This document shows positions 14,085 to 25,899 of a stretch of DNA of 64,000 bases, one piece after another; the first letter of the stretch is position 1; every line of letters starts with the position of its first letter. The position numbers and the translations under genes are program-made. The notes under the pieces were generated by a model. The model was not told the DNA's origin. It searched no databases and was given only the letters and a program-made list of their open reading frames with translations. The stretch is from Tubiluchus corallicola. Taxonomy: Eukaryota > Animalia > Priapulida. The stretch is taken from positions 186,001-250,000 of the forward strand of contig JAQGDQ010000329.1 in assembly GCA_030141605.1 (NCBI GenBank). The letters run 5' to 3'.

Positions 14085-17000
14085 TCATGAAGACAATACT
14101 GTCTGAGGTGGAGCCACTCTAGCAACTTTCCGATTTTCCTTCACAAACGTCTTTGGGCACTGCATCTCTGTCCAACTTATCGGAATCATAGCTACACCTA
14201 CATTAAAGCAAAAAAATGTTAGCCTAGTGACTACATGTGTATTCTCGTACCATACAGAGAACGGCATGAATAGGTATAGTTGAATGAAGCACACCAGTAA
14301 AAAATGTGTAGAGTTGTTGTTTATTCTTTGACATATCTTAAAGCATCCCTTATAAACAGACAGACTCGGTGGAAAATTTGAAAGGAGTAGATAGATGATA
14401 GAGAAGGTTTCCTAAGAGCTACCTAAGGCTATGTTAAATCACACAGACTATAGAATCACCTGTCCAGTAAGTTACAAAGACAGAATTATTTAGAAAAACA
14501 GAAAAATATATAATCGCCAATCATATCGAACTAAGACTAGCAGTTACAATCTGTTGTTTCAGGGACTAAAAGGCATTATGACATTTATCATTAAAATTAT
14601 TATCTGCACAGTAATACAAACCTGCTTCGCTGTGAGCTATTACCACTCCAAGCTCATTTTCAGCAGTTGTCAATAAATATGAATAGGCATCACCAAGTGA
14701 AAGCTAAAAGCAGCAGATAAAGTAGGATAACACAAAAAGCCTTCTTAATCAACGGGTTAGAAACCTAGCAAGCAATAAAATTTTGCTGATTCAAACAGAT
14801 AAACAGTAAACTCTGTGTAATTTGGATAGCTAGGAGCTAAAGAACTGTCCGAGTTGAGCGATAAATTGAGTTTGGCAAAGCTGCATGTTCGTGCATGCAT
14901 TTCTTGGTTGATGCACTGTGTGTTGAGTGTAAATAGTTATTAAAATAGGAGCCTGCTTCATGGCCAAATATTAACTCAGTTTGCTTTAACATGATTAATT
15001 CATGATTGGATCCATTTGTTTTGAATAATCTAAAATGCCCAGGCAATTCCACAACCACCTCACCACAGCTCAAGATGGAACAGCCCAATTATTATAATTA
15101 AGCAACCAGCAGTTTATATACTCGCATGCACACACAAAAACATGATCTGTGTTTATTGCAAAAGATAGTGTGTCAGGGCCTACTGAAACTGACTACAGAA
15201 GTCCAAGCAATAATACTGCAGTCAGAATTTCCGTTCTTCCGTTTTATTAAAAGGGTAAAATCAGTGAATTACTAGCATGCAGATTCCTCGGCAAGCAAGG
15301 TAATTTTCACATGTCACGTGAATAAATACCACTAGTAGTGTTTCTTTATTAGTTTTCTGATTATTTTACACCCCTACTAACGAAAAAGCACACATTCATT
15401 GTATTGACAATGTTTCTGCATGTCCGAGATAAGCAGAGCAAATACAATAGTTTTTGCGCAAAACATATTTTATGTAAGATAGAATCAAATAAGCTTTACT
15501 TAACAATTAACAATGCTTTAGTGTTTTTACATTTCGTTGATCTTTTAATAATACTTACTTTCACAAAAAAACTGTGATGAATGTGAAAGATTAATAACAA
15601 ATAACATAACCCTGAAGCCCTAGACATTGAGAAGGACAAATTTGAGTTGCACACTTTTCTGGTGTACAGCATGGGTGCCGCCTAATTTTAAAAAAATTGA
15701 CACAAAAACAAGCTAAGGGGTGTGGGGAAGCGCTGTAATCTCCCCCAGAAGGCCCGGGATGGAGCCCCCGCCACAAACGCATTTTCCTGTATTTTAAGCA
15801 CATTTTGGAGGCGTCAAATGAGATCTAAATTCTGGTACATAGATTTCTTCAAATGTGAAAAATTCTATATTTAATAAATATATTTTATCTACATTTACCT
15901 AGGTAATATTCATTGGATTCTATTGTAGTGGTCATATAACAAGTTTGTACTACACTGCAATGCGGCTGACCCATTACTTAAGCTTAATTTATTTAGTGTG
16001 AAGATTATCACCCAGCAAAAGGTGGATGTCAAACATAAAACTGATTTGAGACCGTTAAGTTTACATCTCACCCACTTTTCAAACAAAATTAAATAAGTTT
16101 GCGTGCATGCTAATTTTTTCCATCGGATACAGTTAAGCGACAGAACGTCTCGGCCACATATACATTTTGCTACATTTTAGACTATTTTGCGGTTGCTACA
16201 AGGTATTTCCTCAGGCGAGTTCATTAGTTTAAAACTCATTATGTCACCTCAAACTCGTGGCTCATAATTTCACTACTACCGTGAAAGGCCTGCCCCCCCC
16301 CCCCAATGCAGAAGTGCAGTTGCAATTAGCTAAAAACTATCTAGACAACGGAAATCACTGAGAAAGTCGACACTATGTAAGCAACATACGTAAACATAAC
16401 TTCACTATGCAACTCAACTTACAGCTCGGGTACTGCGCAAACAAACTAAGGGTTGATGCGTTTCTTCGTTTACTGCTAAAAAATTTTATTTAGCCATAAA
16501 AAATATTTTCTTAACCAATTCTGTGGACGCACGTGCATCGGTGCGTCCGTGGCACCCATGGTGTACAGCACTGTTCTCAGACAACAATTGGAAAAATTAT
16601 ACTATTTTTCCAAGCACTGTATACAGTATACACCACATGCAGTTTCAATTTACAAGACTGAAACAAGTGCAAACATAAATTAAAGACAGTCTCTTGCAAT
16701 GTTTTTATTACTTCTGAAGTTTTGATCATTAGAACAGATAAGCGTATTTTAAAGAAAAAGCCAAGACTCCTGGGAAGTTAGGCTTATTTGAATGTTTGCA
16801 ATGTTAGGAGAACTTAGTAATAAAAATGTGATAAACACTCTAAAATTAGCCATTTTAAAGTTGTGATCAATTCACGCTTGAGCACTCCCATTTTGAGAAC
16901 CCATTCTTACACCAATGACATGATTCATCGATTGAAGAAAAGCAGCGCACTGTCAATATCCGTCAAAAGTATAATTTTTTGCAAAAGATTGGATAACAAA

Positions 17001-20000
17001 TTTGTGATTTTTTGCATATATTAGGTACGCCACGTGAATTGGTTTAAGCAGCATGCTCTTACGGAAAGCCACAATGCGCTTACGAAAATCCACCAGTTAC
17101 ATCACAATTTTCAAGTGTATGGCGGCAACCACCGTGCCTGAAAATTTCTGTACAGCAGTAGTATAAATTAACTTTCTGGTTTATAGACAATTTTTGTCAA
17201 TTTCTTTGTTATATTTTTCTAAATTTAAGTGATGTACTTTCCTTTATTTCTCTACAGAAACAAAATTCTTGTCTATAAAACTTGTAAAGTTATAACTTTT
17301 GACAAAAGCAAAAAAATGAATTTAACAATGCAACTAATGACAGCATGCTAATGTAAAGCTCTATGAACAAAGGATACTACTCTGGCTAAAATGATGTCAC
17401 CGGGTCTGAAACTTTTGTAACACTCCACCTACAAAGACAACAAATAGCTGTATGGCGTGATCTATTCATTCAATAAACATAACAATAACATAAACCTTTG
17501 TTATATGCAGTTACGATAAGAAACCAAACAACATTTTTAAAAAAAGGATCAGTATTGCGTGTGTGCAAGTGTAAATAACAGTGATGGTGGTGGAATGGTG
17601 CTTAACGGAATAATGACCTTAAATACAGTATGGCAGCATAAAAAAAACAGAGTTAGGGTAAACATACTTTATCTTTTTCCGTTGCTCTGATGTCTTCCTT
17701 ACGTATTTGGCCTCTAAACGATTCCTGCAGTACGCTGTCTTCCACACACAAAATAGCACATTTGCAATATCGTTGATATACATGAGTAATCTACTTGTAT
17801 AAAAAACAGTTTTACTTTACATTTGAAGTTCCAAAGTGAAGCGATTATAAAGGCACTTTAAAGAAAGCTATTTTCAAAGACAACTAAGCTTATATGTGTA
17901 CATTTAAGTTCACAAAATTTTATACAAAGATAATAATACAAATTTAATGCATTTTCCTTTTGAAATACAATCACTGTTACATGACTGAAATTTCACAATT
18001 CCATCACATAACATGCATAATCTGCAGATTATGTAGTATAAAATAGTCATTAAAAACCATGTAACATCTTGTAAAATCAGTGAAAGTTTTCACCTTACCT
18101 TAGCTGTAACAATAGAACCAATGTGCGGTACAACCTTCTTTTCCACATCTCTTCTCACCTCAACAATCACTTTCTAATCATAAAATATAAAACAGCAATG
18201 AAACGGGTTTTGAGCACTATCTTTTGCATACTAATAGTCTATATGCTATGCAGAAAATAGTGCAAATAATGTTTAAGTAAACAATTCACTACTTTTACAT
18301 TACTTTTGCACTTTTCCATTTTCTTCTTTTGGCTTGGTTTGGTTTCAAAAATTTGGTAATTGTGGATTCGTTCCATCATTAACTGATAATGCCTTAATAA
18401 AAATAGTTAAATTAATGACAAAAATAATCTAATTAATTGTAACTATACCAGCATGAGCAAACCAACACTTTGAGGTGGTGGTTTGGTTGGTGAAAGCTAT
18501 TAGAATGAAATAAATCTTGCTTCGACCAAAGGTATTAAGGTTTATAATCTAAAGGTACAGTATGTAACAGGCTTCAACAGTATTCAACAGGCTCAGTCAT
18601 AATTCTGTCACATAAAATTATTTACTTTTGGTCTAGTTTGACTTTAGAAATTTAACAATTTTCGATTCATTCTACAGCTTACTCGATAGTTATTTTTCTA
18701 TCGACATGCAGCAGAAACAGTACTTAAAAGTAGGGCTGTCATATTTACATGTGTAAACATTAGCGTTTAGTTTAGTCACTCTAAATGTTTATTGATTTTT
18801 GTAAACAATAAATGATTGCCATTACCATCACACTGCTTCTGAAATGACTATACTAGTAGTAGATGAAACACTTGCTTTTTTAACAGGGGGTATCTACAGT
18901 GATAATCTACTTTACTCATATATTATAATTTTTTTAAATGTTATTTTCATCTGCTAGTAGCTAATATGTTACTATTTGATTGTGCATACCATCAGCATGA
19001 ACATTTGTATATTTAACTCAGAAATTGAAGGGTTAAACTACTACAAGAGATAAACTTGTGCCATTTGAAATTTTGAACACTCCGAGCTTCTTTAATTTCC
19101 TGACATGGCTTATTAGTGAAATTTAATGTTAAGTACTAAGCAGCCTGGCGAGCCTGTACAGCCAGACTGCTGCTTTTTGATACTCATAGGCTATCGAAGT
19201 ATAATTTACCGCTACTATGGGGGAAATATTTGAAAGAATGGTTCACAAATTTCATGCCAAAGCAGCAGCTTCCCTCTCTGACTTTCATATTTTTACTATA
19301 CGGCAGCAGACAAATTTGGCAGAATTTCATATTAAAATTCTTTAACAAACCTTTTAGTAGTAACAAACAATTGATAGCAATGACTACAATATTTAAAACA
19401 GAGCCACATGCAACCGTGTTTACCCACATAAAAGTTTATGTGTTAGGTAATCCAGATGTTACACTTGAACATAACATCAAAAGAATAACCAAATAGTTTA
19501 GGTAATAATAGCAGTTATTAATTAAGGCATCTACATGGTAAAGTTCAAGCTAGATCCTACAGATAAAAGTAATTATCAGCACAAATTTATTCTACATAGT
19601 CCCAAAGAATTTATTGCACGAGTTGGTACCTTATACCTCCACTAATGCATAAACCTTGGCATATTATTTACATATAGAGTGTAAATGTAATCGTTCAATT
19701 TAAAAAACCTGACGGCCCTACTTATAAATCCTATTAACAACTATTAATCATATACAAAAAATACTTTGTCATCTTTTTCATCCGACATGTGAACATAGCC
19801 AGCAAGACTTGCGTAGATAAAACCATGTCGACTGTAGGCTCCATTGCCCGGAATATGGTCATCACCTGAACGACAGATTCTCTGACCTAAACGAACATCA
19901 ACACTAACATTACAAAAGTTTTACAAATATTCATGTAAAAACAATAACATGCATTTTAAGCTTACTCGTTTACAATTTGTTTGCTTATTTAGTAAGCTAT

Positions 20001-22771
20001 ATATGCTTTCAAAAAATATAAGTATTGTAAAATGTGTGTGTAATATAATTTGCTCACATTTATAACGTAATTATTAAAACAATCTTATAATACAGTAGGC
20101 GCCGCTTAATAGACTCACTTTGGGACCCACGTATTTTGACCCAATTAACTGACTGATCCTATTAACCGATGGGTGTAGCATTACAGGTATAGAAGTATGA
20201 ATCATCAGCTTACTACGCACTGCAAAGTTTTTTAATGAATTTTAGAAATGAAGTAATGCCTAAATTCTTTTGTGCAGTTAAAAATTAGAAAAAATATTTT
20301 AAAATATTAATTTATATAAGTGGATTAGCAATAAATTAAAAAGTATACTTTTCTAAATCACAGACTTTTCTCGAAGTCCGTTTATTTGCAAAAATTAAAA
20401 AATTTCTTCAAAGTCGGCTGCTTCATTTTCTCGCGAAGAAGTTGGCCCACAAAGTTCTCGTAATTATAAAAACGTTGAAAATCTGTTGTTGCGTGCCACT
20501 AAAATAGTTCTGAATCGTCTGCTCACTTACATTGCTCTTATTTGCTGTACGACGTTTCCTCTTGTAAGTCACAAGGAATACCAGCTGATTATACTGTACC
20601 TGCATCTTTGACTGTTAACTCATTAAGCCTGAAAGCTTGATTTGCAACGAGAGCATCAAAAGGAAACCGCTAGGCAAGTGATCAAATGTTTAGCTTCCAG
20701 AAATTCTTTGGATAACAGTGGGCGAGCAGGTAACAGATTCAGAGCAAAACTGCTATGCTAGCATATTAGCGCATGATAAACGTACCAGCTTACAAACAAA
20801 ACAATACTAAATACATGATTATTTCTGTATACATAGCGCACAAAAGGGAAGTAAAGATGACATAAAAGTAGGAAAGGCTCTTTGGGCACATACAAATATC
20901 TTTTTTTAAGTAAGTGAATGAGAAATACTGAGTCAATCATGCGGAGTTATTTGAGTCAATTACCTACAGTTTTTGTGTATATTTCAATAGAATGCCGTTC
21001 CAGGCATTTTTGAGTCAATTAAGCAATTGAGTCTATTAACCGTGAGTCTATTAAGTGGTGCCTACTGTATTACAAAATATATACTTAATAGCTATTTAGA
21101 AAATTATGATAAAGACAAACATAATTTAAAAGTTTATAGCACGAACTCACAAATTGTGCCATAGTTATGACAACTTATCGTCTAAATGACACTTTATTAT
21201 TTTATTTCCAGTTTTTTTATTTACTTATGTTAATTTGTTGTTACATATGAATTTATCATGTTATATTAAAAGTTTTTCCAATGGCTTCAATGCTTGCTAA
21301 AGCAAGATCTGCCATTCCCTGAAGTTTCTGTGATGATTAATGATCAATTAACATAGCAGTCGTCCAATGGCAATGTTATCATAAAATGACAAATTTAAGC
21401 TAATTACTGACTGTCACAGACAAGTTTATTTTACATATTACATACAATATTGTATATAAATATTACACTATTTATATATTTTATATATATATATGTATTG
21501 ATTTTTATTTTCAATGATGACAAATTCATTGTTGATAGGACAATAATATTAATACCAGGGTTTGCTCATGGGTGTTAACTTAGGATGGTATGGCACATTG
21601 CTCGGAATTCAAGCCTAACTTTGAAATTTAACATTATTAAATTTCTATTCTTTCTTTCATTTACGAACTTGTTAAATCGGTGCAGAATTTGAGTAATGCA
21701 ACATCTGCTTTAGGCTTATTTTGCTAACTTTGGTTTGTTTGCATAATTTGCACACTTCTGTTTTGGCCTAAAATTCTGCTGTGTGTTACTGTGGATTTTT
21801 TTCTTTGGCCAAATATTTCTGCAGAGAATTTGTTTCCTGTTTTTAGGTATTCTTGTCTAACTGTTTATGGTCACTACCATACAATGTGTGAACTACTTAT
21901 CATTTAGTCTTATATTATTTTAAATGTTTGTGCTTTTTCAAGATATATGCTACAAACTATTGTACACAAGTTTTGTGTCAATCAAACCTCGCTTCACAGC
22001 ATGTCTCTGTTTAGACATTGTCTATACTAAAAGGTGAAATTTTGTTGGCTATTATCATTTCTATTTCTGTGGCTGACAGATAGCAGTTCACTGTTTTGCT
22101 CTACCCAAGACCTACAGTGCTGTTAAAATTGCCCAATGTTGAATGCAATGTATGCCTAAGCACTGGTTGAGAAGCAAATAAGACTAAAAGTGGCTACCTA
22201 GCAATAATTTATTTATAAATTGTACTGACGACTTTACTTTGGGAAGGATTTTATTTTTTGGTGTGACCACTTTACATAATTATAAGTTTTTTATTACTCA
22301 GGAACTGGTTAATTTCTTTACGTAAATTCAATGCACTTTTTAACATGGGAACGCCTACACTAATATTTTTAAACAAGTCACGCCATCGCTGTATGCACTG
22401 CTATAATAGATTATAACAATTCTAACAGGACTAAAAATATAATTTTAATTACTAATTATTAATACTTTTCGTTTTAGTAGTACTTAATAGTAACACTACT
22501 GCTATGCCTGGCACGCTATTCACCAGTAAGTAAATGGCGTGTAGGTGTTAAGTAAGTAAAGTAAGTAAATGGCGTGTAAGCAAATAGTGGAGGCAATTAT
22601 TGGTACTTGAACTTTTCTTTGACTTTACCAGGGCAAAATGGACATTGCCACAAGGAATTGAAAGAAGTGAAAATAATTGCGATACTTCGATTATAATGAT
22701 GTTTGTTATTTTTTTTTAATTTTAATGAAGAAAAAGTCACCAGGAACACAAATTGTCAAGTGTGCAGACAT
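14085..22771 (-). CDS. EXOSC1: Exosome complex component CSL4 (EXOSC1), 198 aa, 7 exons
   Basis: Minus-strand exons 22771-22741 (MSAHLTICVPG), 19886-19765 (GAYSRHGFIYASLAG), 18173-18099 (VPHIGSIVTAK), 17790-17668 (FRGQIRKEDIRATEKDK), 17428-17378 (YKSFRPGDIILARV), 14703-14622 (SLGDAYSYLLTTAENELGVVIAHSEAG), 14197-14085 (MIPISWTEMQCPKT..E.RKVARV). Total 597 nt, all phases consistent. Confidence 0.96.
14704..17377 (-). other. Probable U12-type (minor spliceosome) GT-AG intron of EXOSC1
   Basis: The donor reads GTATCCTTT (minus strand 17377-17369), the U12 5' splice-site consensus. The 3' end has only a degenerate branch-like sequence (ttatcctac) about 20 nt before tttag. Confidence 0.7.
15670..16560. 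mobile_element. Non-autonomous hAT-type DNA transposon (891 bp) in EXOSC1 intron 5
   Basis: Terminal inverted repeats CATGGGTGCC...GGCACCCATG, flanked by a perfect 8-bp target-site duplication GTGTACAG (15662-15669 and 16561-16568). An 8-bp TSD with short CA..TG TIRs is typical of hAT elements. Confidence 0.88.
20093..21067. mobile_element. Non-autonomous Tc1/mariner-pogo-type element (975 bp), full-length copy
   Basis: 26-bp TIRs CAGTAGGCGCCGCTTAATAGACTCAC / GTGAGTCTATTAAGTGGTGCCTACTG with TA on both flanks. A homologous copy starts at 34398. Confidence 0.9.
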
Positions 22772-22867
22772 GCTCTTTACAGATGAAATTTAGGAACGAT
22801 TGATGCATCGTCACTTCCATATTCCACAACGATCTTTCACTTTTTTCAACTTTATTATTGCACAATT

Positions 22868-22987
22868 GACTACGGCCAAATCACGTTGAAAACACCGGTT
22901 CTCGTCTGATCACCGAAGTTCAGCAACGTAGAGCCTAGTTAGTACTTGGATGGGTGACCGCCTAGGAATACCAGGTGCTGTAAGCTT
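22868..22987 (+). rRNA. 5S rRNA-like sequence (head of the SINE; probably not a canonical 5S gene)
   Basis: GACTACGGCCAAATCACGTTGAAAACACCGGTTCTCGTCTGATCACCGAAGTTCAGCAACGTAGAGCCTAGTTAGTACTTGGATGGGTGACCGCCTAGGAATACCAGGTGCTGTAAGCTT is a full-length 5S with recognisable box A and box C. The terminal stem is imperfect and only TT follows. Confidence 0.8.
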
Positions 22988-23270
22988 GCGGGATGCCCAC
23001 ACTGTATCTCGACACTAAGCGGAGGAGCTGCACAAGCAGCCAACGGCTAGAGGGCGAGGAGGTCAAGTTGCCCAACGACCATGTGTAGAGGAGTAAACCT
23101 TCCAAATCAGGAGTGGAGCCCCGAAGGCGGACCAGTGCACCCTGGAGATGTCAAGGATCAGATTGCTCAGCCACAGTCGGCACTGCGGCTCCATCAATGT
23201 GATCAATAACTGATTCTCTTAGTGCACACTCCATTGTCTTCCGAGACAGAAGGATGCCAACCATCCAACC
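22868..23270 (+). mobile_element. 5S rRNA-derived SINE (SINE3-type retroposon), 403 bp
   Basis: A 120-nt 5S head (22868-22987) is followed by a GC-rich ~280-nt body with no oligo-T terminator and a short-repeat tail (CCAACCATCCAACC). It is bounded by a perfect 14-bp direct repeat ATTATTGCACAATT (22854-22867, 23271-23284). Confidence 0.85.
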
Positions 23271-24986
23271 ATTATTGCACAATTCAATTTCAATTCAATT
23301 TCAATTTATTGCTCTAATACATAAATATTGTGTACATTGGCAAAACACAGTACAGTACATGTAAATTGCACAAATACATTAATGTGCCATGGCAAAAATT
23401 GTCAATTACAAAAAAATGATAGTATAAGAACAAATACAATTATGCAACATTGAAAACCATGAGTTTGTACAACTTACTTAAATAGCCTACTTAAATTTAA
23501 TATAAAATTATGTGATCACTACGCAGATTTAGTACCAAAGCAAGGGGGCGATAATTATTATTCACCAGATGCTCATTGCTCACCCTTGCAGTTAGCCAGC
23601 TACCCCTTCACAGTTGATACTTGAATATACTTGAAAATTATGATGTAACTGATGGATTCTGTGACTTTTGACATGCTGCTTAAATTAATTCAAACTTCTG
23701 CAGCTTACCAGTCCTAACATTCATGCAAAAATATCACAAAATTAGCTATCTAATTTTTTTTGTAATAACTTATTATTATATTTTTGACGAAAGCTTATAG
23801 TGTATTACTTTTTTCAAAATGAATAACGTCATTAGAAGACGAATGGGCTTTGAAAATAGATGGGACTTTGAAAACAGAGCGCCCAAGCCTGAAGTGATTG
23901 TGACTTCAAATTTAAAAGTGATTTTACTAGTTAAGCGAGGCACTTATTACAATTTTATTACTAAATCCTTCTAACATTTTCGCAAACATTGAAACAAGCC
24001 TGTCTTCCCACAAAGCTACAGGTCTTTCCCGCAAAGATTTCTGCATCGCATTTTTTATATCATTTTCAATTCACATAATTTGGACACTATAAAAATGCAT
24101 TCTGCCCAGTTTTGCTAGTTTCTACAAAATTATATTGATCCGTATTTTCCTCAAAATTGGATCCAATTAAATGTGCTAAAATGTATCAATGTTAAAATGT
24201 TATTGACATTAAAATTAATTATTTCGCAAATTTCTAATTATTGCAGAAATTGGGGAATGAAATATCTGTGTGGCCACATTGTGCGCTTGGTTGCGAGATA
24301 AAGCAAGTCCTGATTTAGTTAATAATTAGATTATGGATAAGTCACATGTCAAAAAATTTGAGCTTCGATTTTATTAAATGAAATGCAATTCTTAGGTAAT
24401 CAAGCATGGCAAACTCAATGGAGGCAATATTAAACATTACTAGTGTACGTTACTTCTGGCATGCTCAAGCTTTGGTGATGGATATTATTACAAATCTCTG
24501 ACGTGGTTTATTTTTATGAAGTTTTACACTAGAACTATGAAATATTTGTTTTATGAAAATATTGGCTTGTTTTTCTTTCATTGGTGATGCAGTCGTGGAG
24601 TGCAGCTGGAAATCAGTCAGTAAGTTGGGAAAAAATAACCCACATTGCAAATTTTCAAAATGCGCAGCAAATTTAGGAAATTGTGAAAATCACAGGATTA
24701 TTAAATTTTGTTGTGGTTTTTTGTATTTGTTTGTTTCATCCTTAAGTTTTTGAGCTTCAAAGTTAATATATTATAGCTGACCAGCATATACTACGGTCCC
24801 ATAATTTTAGTTTAACATGATAGTTTGTGGTACTCAGTCAGTAGTTTCTATTGTCAATTTGTCATAGTCGCGCCTGTGGATAGTGTTTACATTCACTTTG
24901 TACATTCAATGCTGATAATATATTCACAGTTGATGTGATTTAAATTTCACTGTGTTACTTGATAACCTCAATACGAGAAAGTGGTG

Positions 24987-25857
24987 ATGTCAGATAAACA
25001 TGGTCGTTCATCAAGTTTAAATATAGTGGAGGTAATTACGGAGTAACATTAGCCAATGCTGGGATGGCTATTTTCCGAGGTTTAGTTAACAGATATCTGA
25101 GATAGTGTTGCATGACCAAGGCATAAGTTTACTACGTCACACTACTTTTCATTAGTCATTACTCCTTTAAATTAATTAATTGATCATCACTGCATCACGT
25201 AATTTAAAAGTACTTGAGTTGGTGTGTGTGATTGGATAACGTATGTTTTTAGCCACCGCTTTCCATTTGTCTGGCTATCTGTTCATTGTACTAATTTCGT
25301 GTATATATTACTTTGGGATAAAAATGAAATGATGTAGTTGGTTTTGATTTGAGACATGTTACTGTTGCCATTCATCTCTATACAATATTACTGCTAACAA
25401 AAAGCAGCAAAATGTAGCACACAGAGTAGCTGTCAGCTGCGTCACAGTTGGACGGACCATATCAAACAAGAAAACATTGGTCAAGCTTCTTGCTATGAAA
25501 CCTTGCTGCTTTGTTTTTTATTTTTGTTCTGTTCTTTGAGATTCTTTTGCATCAGACTTTACTTTCCAGAATATGCATTGCTCTTTGTGTAATATAGTAA
25601 ACTTTGTAAGAATTAGTATTTAGCCTGGTAGGCCTCTTTTTTGTTTCTCTCTGCAAAATGTACTTAAAATTTAAATTTTATTGATGCTGGCATTGACCCG
25701 TATGTGACCTTGAACTCAGCCTTGTTTGAAATGTTCAACCTCCACCTCAATACAAAATTTATTTGGGGCTACAGCCCAGATCATTACTATAATTTTTCAT
25801 AACTATTTTTGCTTATAAGGATTTTTTAAAAAGACCTACCATTCCCACTTTACAACT

Positions 25858-25899
<42 letters not shown>

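Noticed and set aside
21151-21162. Alternative EXOSC1 first exon ATGGCACAATTT|gtgagt on the minus strand
   Set aside because: It ends in phase 0, while exon 2 needs phase 1. The exon at 22771-22741 gives the conserved CVPG junction.
22868-22987. A bona fide solitary 5S rRNA gene
   Set aside because: There is no oligo-T terminator, the terminal helix is imperfect, and the 14-bp TSD encloses 5S plus about 280 nt of extra sequence. A retroposon explains it better.
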